This document shows, piece by piece, positions 37,171 to 48,760 of a DNA stretch of 64,000 nt (its first letter is position 1; each line of letters starts with the position of its first letter). The stretch is from Chiloscyllium plagiosum (taxonomy: Eukaryota): the NCBI RefSeq assembly GCF_004010195.1, contig NC_057718.1, positions 43,523,970-43,587,969 of the forward strand. The letters run 5' to 3'. The position numbers were made by a program, and so were the translations under genes. Below the pieces are notes generated by a model that ran no database searches, was not told where the DNA came from, and was given only the letters and a program-made list of their open reading frames with translations.

Positions 37171-39379
37171 ATTTAATGCCCTTTTCACACAGGAGCATGC
37201 CTACTTTTTGCAATTCCAGAAATGCCTTACCTCCCTCACAAGGAAGACTTAAATCTTCCAAAGAGCGCCTTACTCCCATCAAGTGGAAATTTACCTTCCT
37301 GAAGATGGCAAAATGTTATCGTGCCAGTAAAAAGATTTACCCTCTGGTGGTGCATATTGCTATTTGGATGGACTAACGTTTTTCATCTGGCACTGTGTCA
37401 GCATTGTAAAGTCAGAAAATTCATCTTTTGCCACTCCACAATAATGTAGGACAGAAAATAGGGAGTACGAGTGAATGACAATTTTGCAGAGAGGCAAAAC
37501 ATAAAAAATTGAATCTCACAAGACCATGTGGCAGTCAAGAATGTACTATGCAAGGGACAAACAGGCTGTGAACAAGCAATATTGTTTATAAGATGTACAT
37601 GTGCGTGGCTGTGCTACAAATTGATCATGTACAGTGAAGGGAAATTAAAGGGAACGTTGGTTGGAACTGTTGTGATTCAGTATTTATATGAACTGTCTAG
37701 ACCTTTGAATCAGAATTTCTATGTTTGCTGATGAAATCAATTTTGGGGAGAATAATCATTTTCGAGAAGACTAACAAATTCCAGAAAGATATAAATAAAC
37801 TCGCAGAATGTGCACATAATTGGCAACTGATTGTCAACACGAATGTGAGGTATTATACTTCATTGAGAAAAATAATGTAGTTCTCATATTATATGGAAAA
37901 TAATCATTTAAATGGGATAGAGGAGTAAAGAAAATTGGTAGTAGAGCTCAGTACAAGACTAAATATAGTGATAAAGCTATTAAAATGGCAAATAAAGCAC
38001 TAGGGTTTATTTCTAAAGGGGAAGAATTGAAATCTAATGTATTTCAGTGCACTTAAATTGAATGTTGATTAGACCACAAGTAGAGTATATACACAGTAAA
38101 TGTACTATGTATGCTACATTGAATTTTCAGAAGTTTTTATTCAGTTGTTTAATTGCACATATTCCGACATTCCTGTGACTTTACATGATTCTCACTCAAA
38201 AAAATATGCACCAGGCATTTTCAAAAATATTCTAGTCTCCAGATCATCAAAATAAAATATATGATACATGTGTTAATCCAGATGTACCAACCTCTTTTGT
38301 GGGAATGTCCAGAAATGCTAAGTTTCTCTGGGCAATTGCCTGTCTGCTTGGGTCTCTGTATGTAAATTTCTGACTCGGAATGTGAGTGGGAGACTGGGGA
38401 TTTTAGAAAGTTTAAAAGTTGGTCTAATACCTATGTAATGCCATAATCAACCCCTAGCCCCACCAACACCACCAACACCTTGATCACCTGACTAAACCTC
38501 CCAAAACCAGACCTGACTTCCTAAAAACCCAACTATCCTCTGAGCAGACCAATTACCCCACCGACCTCATCACTGACCACCTGACTTACATCCGACCTAA
38601 CCCGACTATGCCCATAATCCCATCATACTAGCTTTCATACCAGCCAGTTAGCGTCTCAGCAGACTCACCTGCCTACCTGCTCCCCCCACACCCCACCCCA
38701 AGTCAATTACCAATGCCACCCTGCCCCTGCCCCCTGCCCCAGCTCAATCTGATCCCTCTACTATCCTGTTGCCACCTGAGGACATCCCCCTGAATCCAAT
38801 GATATCCCTGGACCATGCATTCAATGCCCAACAAGACCCAATGACATCCAAATCATCCCAATCATCTGAGTATTCCTCAATCTAACTACCTACTCAACCA
38901 CCTACTCACACACACTGACTCTCACATACATCTCACCCACCTCATATACTTTACTCACCTTACCCCGCAATGTATTCACCTACCCACCCACTCAAACTAA
39001 TTTACTCATCCATTCGCTATCATTCATTAAAAGACTTGACTTTTTTAATTCTTATCAGAATATGGCAGTTAGTACCATAAAAAGGACATTTCCCCACTTT
39101 TCACCTCCACAACTCTACTTTGCTCTGATGGAGTTCCCTGAGTGGTGCTCTGCATTTCAATTACAACATATTTGGATGATTCAGAAAGCAATATACAGCA
39201 GCGTTGGTTTGGGAGAGTGTTCGCACACAGCAGTAATACCTGCAGTGTTGATGCTGCACAGAAGATTAGGCCTTTATGTCCTGACCCTTTTCCAAGATTG
39301 CATGCAGAAACAATAGGTTTATATGCATCTTTATCACTTAAGTTAACCTGCAGTCAGAGTCGACGAGTGGTTTGTTGAA

Positions 39380-40500
39380 TGGAAAAGGCTTATGGAATAA
39401 AAAGAATAGCAGCATAGATATGGAATTGGCTGAGTGACAGGCAACACTGGATAGTGGTTAATGGTTGTTTTCTGGACAGCAGGAAAGTTTATAGTCGGGT
39501 TCCCTAAGGGTCTGTCTTAGGACAGACCTCTTCCTGCTGTATATTAATGACTTAGTGTACAAGGCATAATTAACCAAAATGTGTAAATGATTCAAGACTT
39601 GGAAGTAATGTGAACTATAAGGAAGGTAGTGTGGTAGTTCATAAGGACATAGACTGGTGAAATGGCTGGATAAATATCTGATAAAATTTAGTGCAGAAGA
39701 GAAAGCAATTAATTTAAGTCAGAACATAGAGAGACCAGAGGAGGGAAACAGGAAATTGTGAAGAGGGTTGGAGGAGCGGGGGATATGAGTGTATATAAAT
39801 GTAAATTATTGAAGGTGGTAGGATAGATTGAGAGAACAGTTAAAAGGGTTATGGACTGTAAAAGGAAAGAAGTTATGTTAATCCAGTGTAAAACATTGGT
39901 TTGACCTCAAGTGAAGTACAGCATCCAGTTCTGGGCACCACACTTTAATGAGGATGTGAAGTCTTATGAAAAAAAATCATCATGATGGTTCTTCAGACAA
40001 GGATCTTCAGTTACATAGATAGGGGAGACAATGGCCAAGTGAGATTGTCATTGGACTGTTAATCAAGAGACCCAGGTAATATTCTGGGGATCTGAGTTTG
40101 AATCCTACCATGACAGATGGTGTACTTTGAATTCAATGTAAATCTGGAATTAAGAGTTGAATGATGACCATGAATCTGTTGTTGATTGTCAGAAAAACCC
40201 ATTTGATTCACTGATGCCCTTTAGGGAAAGCAATTGCCATCCTTACATGGACTTGCCTACATATGACTTCAGACCCACAGTAATGTCATTGACTCTAGAC
40301 AATTAGGGATTGGCAGTAAATGCTGACCTAGCCAGCAGTGCCCTTATCCCATGAATGAATTTTAAAAAAAGATAGAATAGAATGGTGGGGATTGTTGTCT
40401 TTGGAGAAAGGAAGGCTGAGAGGAATGGTGTTAGAGGTATTCAAAATGATAAGGTATGTGTATTGGTAAGGAGGAGATATTCCCATTGATGGAAAGCTTA
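39380..40500 (+). mobile_element. Degenerate CR1 LINE with a nested Deu-core SINE
   Basis: gggttccctaagggtctgtcttagga..tatattaatgactta; cagttctgggcaccacacttt. Confidence 0.65.
40022..40370 (+). mobile_element. Deu-core (SacSINE1-like) SINE
   Basis: tRNA-like head with gagtttgaatcc B-box, core sequence, A-rich tail; gatag on both sides is a possible TSD. Confidence 0.8.
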
Positions 40501-41031
40501 AGAAGCTTTCTTATATAAAGTAATGCTACCTGTCCCAATTAAAGCAGCATTCACAGCTTTTATGGGGAAGGCTTCCAACTGGAACTTATACCTTCCGTGG
40601 TAGATCTTGGATTCAACAGAAACAGTAATAATGAGTGATGTAAGCAGACTGCTGACTCACTGTCACCCATTATACACTACCACACACAAAGTCAAGATCT
40701 ATCCCATATGTATTCAAAACCATGCAAGTTATATTTGTTGCCTATTCAACTCTTGATTGCAAAAATGTGCATATTATTTTTGTATGAGAATCATTTTCTA
40801 ATGTATGAATTTTGCTAAGCAGAAATTCATTTTTCTGATATTTATGCACTGAGTGTTTATTATTTAAGGAGTATGTGGTTGTCAAGTGAGTGTTAGAAAG
40901 AGAAACATTACAAAGCTTAATTCCTAATGTTGAAAAATAAAATTTTACAACTGTTAAAAACATGTACACGAATTTGTATTCCGCTACTTTGTACTGTTTA
41001 TTTTCTAATGTCATCAATAACTTGTTTTTTT

Positions 41032-41220
41032 GAGCACTGTCAGCCACTCTTCAGTGACAAGTCTTTCCATCAAGGTGAACTGATTCATGCTTAAACCACA
41101 TAAACCTTGCCAGTGCTATGATCAGGCCATCAGCTGCCACCATAACACTTCAACAGATCCATTCTCTCATGACTATTTCCAAGATGGTGGTGGAATTTGT
41201 GATAACTGTCAACATTGCTG
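41032..41220 (+). pseudogene. USH2A: USH2A pseudo-exon (exon 10 equivalent, laminin-EGF), stop, frameshift and lost acceptor
   Basis: EHCQPLFSDKSFHQGELIHA* (TAA 41092-41094), a frameshift near 41095-41101, then KPCQCYDQAISCHHNTSTDPFSHDYFQDGGGICDNCQH. Donor gtaaat at 41221. The pyrimidine tract runs into the exon with no AG and no first Cys codon at the expected place. Confidence 0.9.
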
Positions 41221-43199
41221 GTAAATATATTTGTATATGTTTGAGTTTATCAAAGGTAAGCATGCAATACAAACATGTACATTGACTGTTAAGAATGCTG
41301 AATATCAGGGTTATTTTAGTAATGTAGTATAATATATTAAAGAAAGAAAAACTTCATGTACCAAAACAATTCTATTACTGTAGCAGCAGTTATGACTCAC
41401 TGCATGTGATTATCATGTCACCATCTGCAAACTTAGCTGTTCTTTAATCAGTTCCTGATGATTAATGCTGTATAAAGTTTGTTGTTCTAATGGTGTAGTG
41501 TGTGTTGATCTGTTACTCTTCAGTTTTGTCTTAGTGAGTATGTTCATATGCCTATGATGTTTTACTTAATGAACTCCTACCTTATTCAGATTTCCAAGGG
41601 GGATGTGCATGGACATTATTTGCTTTCCCATCTTGTTCTTTTGAGATAACACCTCAAATCAATGAACTCACTTTGACAAACTTCGTAACGATGGCTGACA
41701 TTGGCATTGATCATCTATGCAGTTAATTGATTAGTAAATGTCTTGCCACATGTGAAGATCTAAACTAATTTAAAGGTGAAATTAAAAGTGCAGTTTCAGA
41801 GTTGCTCATGATTTTATTATTAAGTCCAATGGCTCGCAAAGTGGAATCCATGAGGATCCAACGGGTGGCCTGCAGGCTGATCCAAAATGCAAATTCTTGA
41901 AGTGCAATGGTGCAATTCAGGCTATACAAGCGAATGGCTCAGAATCCCCAATGATCCACCACTTGTCTTTGTTCACAGTACCAGACCAACTCCCATATGC
42001 AGGGCATGAATTATCATAAACAAAATTGATGTTACTGTTACAGTAAACAACTGAAAGGTTGTGTTTTCAACACTGTGGAATTGACAGAAAGAAGGGGTAG
42101 TGGATGAACTCAAAGTCCACACTGAAACTCTCCAGCATGAAACCATACTTCATTGGTCTTATTGAAAATAATAACATTCTTTCCATTAATTGTGATGAGT
42201 TGTTTCACAGTGGCTAGCAAAAAGGAAATAGCACTGATGGATAGTTCTTTGGATTTTTTATCTCCCCTAAATGGTCCAATGATGAATAAATTTGAGAATC
42301 ACGGTTGTATATTACTGGAACTTTTTAAAAAATCAGCAAGGGTTTAAAAATAGGTGAGAACAGATTAGCTACTTATTGTACGTTGCTTGTAACTTACCCT
42401 ACTATGACTTAAATAAAAAGTCAAATGGAATGTATCTAACATATGATCTAATATTGATTTCTTTACATTCTGGCTGAAGTTGAACATTTTTTAGTTTATA
42501 AAAAATATTCTAATTTCTATTGTTGATGTTGTGGTTGTAATATTTATTTGTCAGTTTTGTTACTCACTTTGAAACAATTCAAGGTTTGTAGTTACCACAC
42601 TATCCAATTAGTCACTAGTTATTTTCCATTTTCATTATTTACTGATCATGTTATGTTAAGCCTTCCTCTAAATTCAACTTTCACCCTCATCAATAAAATA
42701 ATCCACTCATCTCATTTAGAAAAAAAATTGTACTGCTGTCACTTTGTTTTACTACTTTGTTAATGCAAAGTTAGCAAAGCCACATTTATTGCACATACAT
42801 TACTGGCTGAGTAAGTGCTATAGAGTTACCCATTAGAAATGCAGCGTTTATTGTGCTAACCCATGGTAGCAGAATACAGAAAACTTTAAGATTGTAATAC
42901 ATGTCATTCCAAGAGAGTATTGTTGATGACTTGGTGAAGATGTTGGAGGTAGTGATGAAAACAGAAAAAGCAGGAAATACTCAATAAGTTTGACAGTGTA
43001 TGGGGAGAGAGAAACAGAATTAATGTTAACTGTTGAGAAATCAAGAGCTCATTGATCTGAAAAATTAACTTTCTTTAACCTACCATAAGTACTATCAAAC
43101 TTGGTTATTTCCAAATATTTTATGTTTTTAATTTCAGAATACCAACATCCACATTACTTTATTGAAGATGATTTTGATAATACTTGCTTTAAATGTCAT

Positions 43200-44960
43200 A
43201 GGAATATAACAACTTTCCAAAATTATTAAGACCAGGAGCAGGCTATTTAGCTCTTCAATCCCTTTTTTGTGTTCAGTAAGATCTGTTCCATCCTCTACTT
43301 CAATTCTACCTTCCCAGACTATTTTTATATTTCTCAATTCCCTTAGTACCCCAAAACCTATCAATCTCTGTCTTGGATATACCTGTATTCAATGATTCAG
43401 CGTGGACAATTTCAGGAGTGGAGAATTCTTTTCATTGAAGGGGCTTAGAATCACAGAGTCATGGAGATATAGAGCACAGAAACAGACCCTTCAGTCCATC
43501 TCATCCATGATGACCAGATATCCTAAATAGATCCGGTCCCATTTGCTAGCACTTGGCCCATATCCCTCTAAACCCTTCTTATTCATATACCCATTCGGAT
43601 GCCTGTTAAATATTGTAATTGTACCAGTCTCACTTCATACACGCACCACCCTCTGTTTGAAAGGTTTCCCTTTAGGTCCCTTTTAAATATTTCCCCTCTC
43701 ACCTTAAACCTATGCCTTCTAGATTTGGACTGCGCCATCCTGGGGAAAAGACCTTGTCTATTTACCCTATCCATGCCCCTCATGATTTTATAAACCTTTA
43801 TAATGTCACTCCTCAACCTTTGTCGCTCTAGGGAAAATAGCCCCAGTCTATTCAGCCTCTCCCTATTGTTCAAATGCTCCAACCCGACAACATCCTTGTA
43901 AATCTTTTCTGAAACCTTTCAACTTGCACAAAATCCTTCCTATAGCAGGGAGACCAGAATAGCATATGATATTCCAAAAGTGGCCTAGGCGAGGTGCTGA
44001 ACAGCCACAATAGGGCAGCATGGTGGCGCAGTGGTTAGCACTGCTGCCTCACAGCATCAGGGACCCAGGTTCGATTCCAGCCTCGGGAGACCGTCTGTGT
44101 GGAGCTTGCACATTCTCCCTGTGTCTGTTTGGGATTCCTCCAGAGGCTCCAGTTTCCTCCCACAATCCAAAGATGTGAAGGTTAGGTGGATTGGCCATGC
44201 TAAATTGCCCAGAGTGTTCAGGGATGTGAAGGTTAGGTGCACAAGTCAGGGGTAAGCATAGAATAATAGGGTAGGGGAATGGGTCTGGGTGGGTTATTCT
44301 TCGGAGGATTGGTGTTGACTTGTTGGGCCAAAAGGCCTGTTTCCACACTGTTGGGATTCTATGAACATGAGCTCCCAACTCCTATACTCAATGCACTGAC
44401 CAATAAAGGAAAGCATACCAAACGTTTTCTTCACTATCCTATCTACCTGCAATTCTGAATTTCTTTTAATGGAATTCCTTTTCACTCTTATCAGTCCTGA
44501 ATGACTGATCCTTAATCTGAGACTATGACCTCTAGTTATGGACTACAACAGAAGAAACATATACAAGCTTCTACTCTGTCAAGCCCCTTAAGAATTAATG
44601 GGTAGTTTAATGTTTCACTGGAATTTTGATCCACTGATCCATTGGTAGAAAAAGATCTGAATGTTTGGCGATCTGTTTCAATTTTGAATGTTTAAGTTAA
44701 ATCATTTGTCATTCCTCAAAATTCAAATAAAAGTAAGTCTGGTCTACTCTATCTTTCTTTAAAGCCCAATTTCATCATGCCAGGATTCCATTGGCTAAAT
44801 CTTTGTTGCACTCTCTGTCAGGGGAAACCAAAACTGTATGCAGTATTCTGTGTGCAGAATCTCATCCCCTTAATATTTCAAGCCCTTTCTAATAAAACGT
44901 AACATAGCATTTGCCTTCATAAATGCTTGCTGTACCTTCACGCTAACACTTTCATATTCA
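43200..44960 (-). mobile_element. Nested CR1 fragments with an HE1-like SINE
   Basis: Minus ORF 43583-43882: RLNRLGLFSLERQRLRSDIIKVYKIM..RHRFKVRG. Confidence 0.8.
44013..44363 (+). mobile_element. tRNA-derived V-SINE (HE1-like)
   Basis: A-box tggcgcagtgg, B-box ggttcgattcc, V-core (gcttgcacattctccc..tttcctcccacaatccaaaga), CR1-like tail gggccaaaaggcctgtttccac. Confidence 0.88.
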
Positions 44961-45863
44961 TGTATATAGATTATTATTATGAGGTTATTATTATACTCCT
45001 AAGAATAAAATGGCAGGGAGATTATAATGGACTACAAACCTGTACTTGTTTCAAAGAATATTGATATAGATATGACTCAATTTAAAGAGTACACTATTTA
45101 AAATCTCTCTGTGAGATGGTGACAAGTTGAGTGGGATTAAAGAAAATCAAAGTTGCTTTCCAGGATAAAAGTTAATATTTGTTAACTCCATAAATCTCGT
45201 TACGTACCCACTCTTCCATAGCTCAAATCTCTACCATTCCCAGCCACTGTCTACTAATCCCCCTACTGCCAAACCAACCTCTCCAGCCCCTTTTCACTGC
45301 AGTTAGCAAGGAACTGAAACAGAATGGAAGTATAGATTGCGGCCATTCAGCCCATTATATTGACTCAATATGTAGCCTTTTTCAAACGAGTAAGCTATTT
45401 ATGGTGGCAGAACAGGTGCTGACATCTTATTTAAGTGGCAGTAACTGCCTGAGTCCCAGTTTCAGTCTGGATTTTGGCCATCCCATGGGGCATACATTAT
45501 TTTTGTGTGTTACCTACTTCAGGTCCAAAGTGCTTCACCCAAATCGACAAAATGTCTCTTTTAAGCATGACTCTGGATTCCATCTACACATGTACCTTGC
45601 ACAATGATTCAGTAAGGCTACACCCAACCCAAAATGTTCATCAGCAGTTCCAGATCACCACAAGGTGATCTATATTTCCATTTAAAAAATTGAGCTACTA
45701 TCTCTGTCTGCAATTACCATCTAAAGTATCTTGAGGCAAACTTTGTGTTTAAACTTTTAACAGAGTTGAGTATTTGCAAACCTTGTGCACTTGAGCATAT
45801 TTGAATCAAATCTACTTTGAAAGTCTGATTAATCTGTGAACATTGTTCAATCAACTCTTGTAA

Positions 45864-45994
45864 GAAGAAATTGTGAATGGTGTAGAGACTATTTTTACTG
45901 AAAAGTAGATGTCTGCCACTTATCAACTGATGTGTGCAAACCTTGTGATTGCTTACAATCTGGAGTCATAAATGGGAACCTCCTGTGTGATCAG
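45864..45994 (+). pseudogene. USH2A: USH2A pseudo-exon (exon 11 equivalent, laminin-EGF), stop and mutated acceptor
   Basis: GRNCEWCRDYFY*KVDVCHLSTDVCKPCDCLQSGVINGNLLCDQ. TGA 45899-45901. Length 131 nt, as recalled for human. Acceptor reads taa (aa at 45862-45863); donor gtgggt. Confidence 0.93.
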
Positions 45995-47502
45995 GTGGGT
46001 AATTTTAATAAGTGCAAGTATGCTTTTAAAAATTCAATTGAATGGCAATGCAAGCGAGTTACACAGAGAATAGAATTTTGTGCTTAATCAAAATTACTAA
46101 AGTAAATGTTCTCAGAATGTTCTCTAGAGTGATGAGACTGTTGTGACAAATTATGTTGTAATGAGTTTGGTTTCACTGTTTAGTTTTTCACTGAGAATTT
46201 TTTTTATGTCAACAAAGTGATGATAGCTAATAATTATTAAATATTTGTACTTGTTTAAATCATTTAAGTTATATGGAAGCTCAGCATAGCTTTTGCATAA
46301 TTCTATTTTTTGCAATTATTTTGCCTGCAGTTATTTTTGTTGTTTTTGAAGAATCATAAATTGTATTAATCTAACTGAAATGGACTATTTAGAGGCACAA
46401 AATGATCTAAATTGCTATTCCAGGTTATGTCTGAAACTTTACCATGTTGTAAATGTGCAATATTCAAAACATGTTTATTTTGTTCATACAATCCACCTGT
46501 CACTGTAATTTCTAGCCAGTAATTTATACCTTCAATAATATGCGACTGAAACAGTTGTTATTTTAATCGATGGATTTCAGAACAACTAACGATTAAATGA
46601 ACACCATTGAAGTAAAACGAGTAAGTTTCTTCTCCTTTGACTGTGGAGAGGAAATAGGGCCTGGGAATTACAATTTCTGTTGTGGAAGGGCTTTAAGACA
46701 CCCAGCCAATCTTTTGATGATGTCAAGGAGATGACCCATTGGTCATATATTGCACTGTAGGCACACTTCAATAAAATTGATGGAAAGAATTTTATCAAGT
46801 GGTCTTGTCATGTGATGCAGTTGAGAGCACTGGAAGCCAAATGAATACACAGGACCTTATTATTTGGACTGTATCTGTTTCAACTCAACTAAATATGTGG
46901 TAGCCATTCAATGGGTTCATTTCATAGGGCAATGGCCTGACCAACCATAGTCAACATGATTTAAAGTTTAACTAAAGCCTGGCAGTTAATTGCCAATCAT
47001 TATTAATTGGTAATGCCACTACCAACCAAACAAAAACAGAAATTTCTGGAAAAACTTAAAAGGCCTGGCAGCATCTATGGAAAGAATTCAGAGTTACTAT
47101 TTCAGATCCAGTGACACTTTTTCAGAACCTCTACCAACTAGAGTCCACTTGCCAAACAATCAGCACTTTCCTCTCATGAAGTATATATCTTGTTTTCCCC
47201 TTTGTGAAAGTATTCTTGAAATCTATCCTGATAAATGTGAGATGAAAAGTTTTGACAAGACATCTCATTTTCTTTCACCAACACTCAAGGTCTGTACGAC
47301 CAAGCACACTGTCTTCAAATGATTCACCAAAGACACAGAGGCAAGGCTGAGTACAGAGCAAGACCTATGGGTCAATTGCTAACCAGAGTTCTTAACATAG
47401 AGGATTTTGCTAATTGAACTACATGTGCCGTACACAGTTTTCAAAAATTCATTCATTCATGGGATGTGGGTGCCACTGACTAAGCCAGCATTGGCTATCT
47501 TT

Positions 47503-47845
47503 GATTTGATTTGATTTGTTATTGTCACATGCATTAAGATACAATGAAAAGTATTATTTTGTGTGTGCTATCCAGACAAATCATACATTTCGTAAGTACA
47601 TCAAGATAACAGAATAGAATGCAGACAGTAGTGTCACAACTACAGAGAAGTTGTAGAGAAAGATCAACTCTAACATATGAGAGGTCCACTCATATGTCTG
47701 ATAACAGTGGGGAAGTAGCTGTTCTTGAATTTGCTGGTATGTGTTTTCAAACTTTTGTATCTTCTGCCTGATGGAAGAGGGAGTAGGGTTCTGTGATAAT
47801 GTTGGCTGCTTTCCTGAGGCAGTGGGAAATATAGATGGCGTGAAT
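47503..47845 (-). mobile_element. Rex1/Babar-like LINE 3' end nested in another LINE tail
   Basis: LPSGRRYKSLKTHTSKFKNSYFPTVIR in the minus ORF; (caaat)n-type tail at about 47503-47520. Confidence 0.6.
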
Positions 47846-48307
47846 GGAAGGAAGGCTGTTTTTTTTTGATGGATTGTTGCTCTTGAGAAGGTGCTGGTGA
47901 GCTGCTTTCTTGACCTGTTGTCATCCATTTGGTGTGAGGGATGGAGTTCCAGCATTTTGGCCCAGTGACACTAAAGGAATGGTGATATATCTCCAAGTTA
48001 GGATAGTGAGTGGCTTGGATTGGAACTTGTAGGAGACGATGTTTCCCTTTATCTGCTGTGCTTGTTATTCTAGATGGACGTAGTTGTGGGTTTGGAAAAT
48101 ACTGTGTAAGGATCCTTAGTGAATTTTTGCAATGCGTCTTGCAGACAATATAAATTTTAGCAACTGACCATCAGTGATGGAGGAACTGAATGTTTGTTTG
48201 TGGGTATGCTGCCAATCAAGTAGACTGCTTTATCCTGGCTGAAATATTCCATCATACTCCTAGCTTGTGCCTTATAAATAGTGGGCAAGCTTTCAGGTGA
48301 CATCGAA

Positions 48308-48760
48308 TGGCAGGAACCTCTTAATCCCATAGAATTTCTTGATAGACCCTGGGCTTGTTTGAGCACTGACCTTTTAATGTATGAAGGCCATTCTTACTTT
48401 ATCATGGTTCTTTTATTTCTCAAGATGGTTTGAGGTCAAAAAGCTGATTTCAATGATCACTGACATGGTTGTGAGAGCACTGTGGATGATATTCCTGAAT
48501 GACGATATTTGATATCACCCATTGTTTGCTTATGAGATGTTGGATTCATTTACAAAGATATTGACCTTTTAACATGCCACAAGTTTGCCTAAACACCTTC
48601 AGTCCAGTGGAGAGGTGTAAACAAATTGCTGAAGAGAAATCCAAATATTCTTATGGCTCTGCTCACTTAACGCATTGACCCTCCTCTTCTCATGACTGTA
48701 CCCATCAGAACTGCTGATGAGGCACAGATTTAAATCCCAACTTCCTACTTTACCAAACTT
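48308..48760 (+). mobile_element. Ty3/gypsy integrase fragment from a different element
   Basis: QEPLNPIEFLDRPWACLSTDL..YFSRWFEV and PSELLMRHRFKSQLPTLP, with frameshifts. Confidence 0.65.

Larger units (their letters stand above)
2226..45994 (+). pseudogene. USH2A: Unprocessed usherin (USH2A) pseudogene, partial; remnants of exons equivalent to human exons 5, 7, 8, 9, 10 and 11
   Basis: Six collinear + strand segments translate to motifs matching recalled usherin: FIGRMQDLR..ALTNR; VFYIILQF..DWQYFA..PDAVNCL; GNVTF..RPGYN..LQEFVKAT..YYEVNEITVSGR; HADQCDTT..PY; KPCQC..GGGICDNC; GRNCE.C.DYF..DVCKPCDC..NG.LLCDQ. Exon lengths and phases agree with the recalled human exons. Each segment has disabling lesions. 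Confidence 0.92.

Noticed and set aside
44013..44090. tRNA-like sequence with A and B boxes
   Set aside because: It is a SINE head followed by SINE core and tail, not a tRNA gene.
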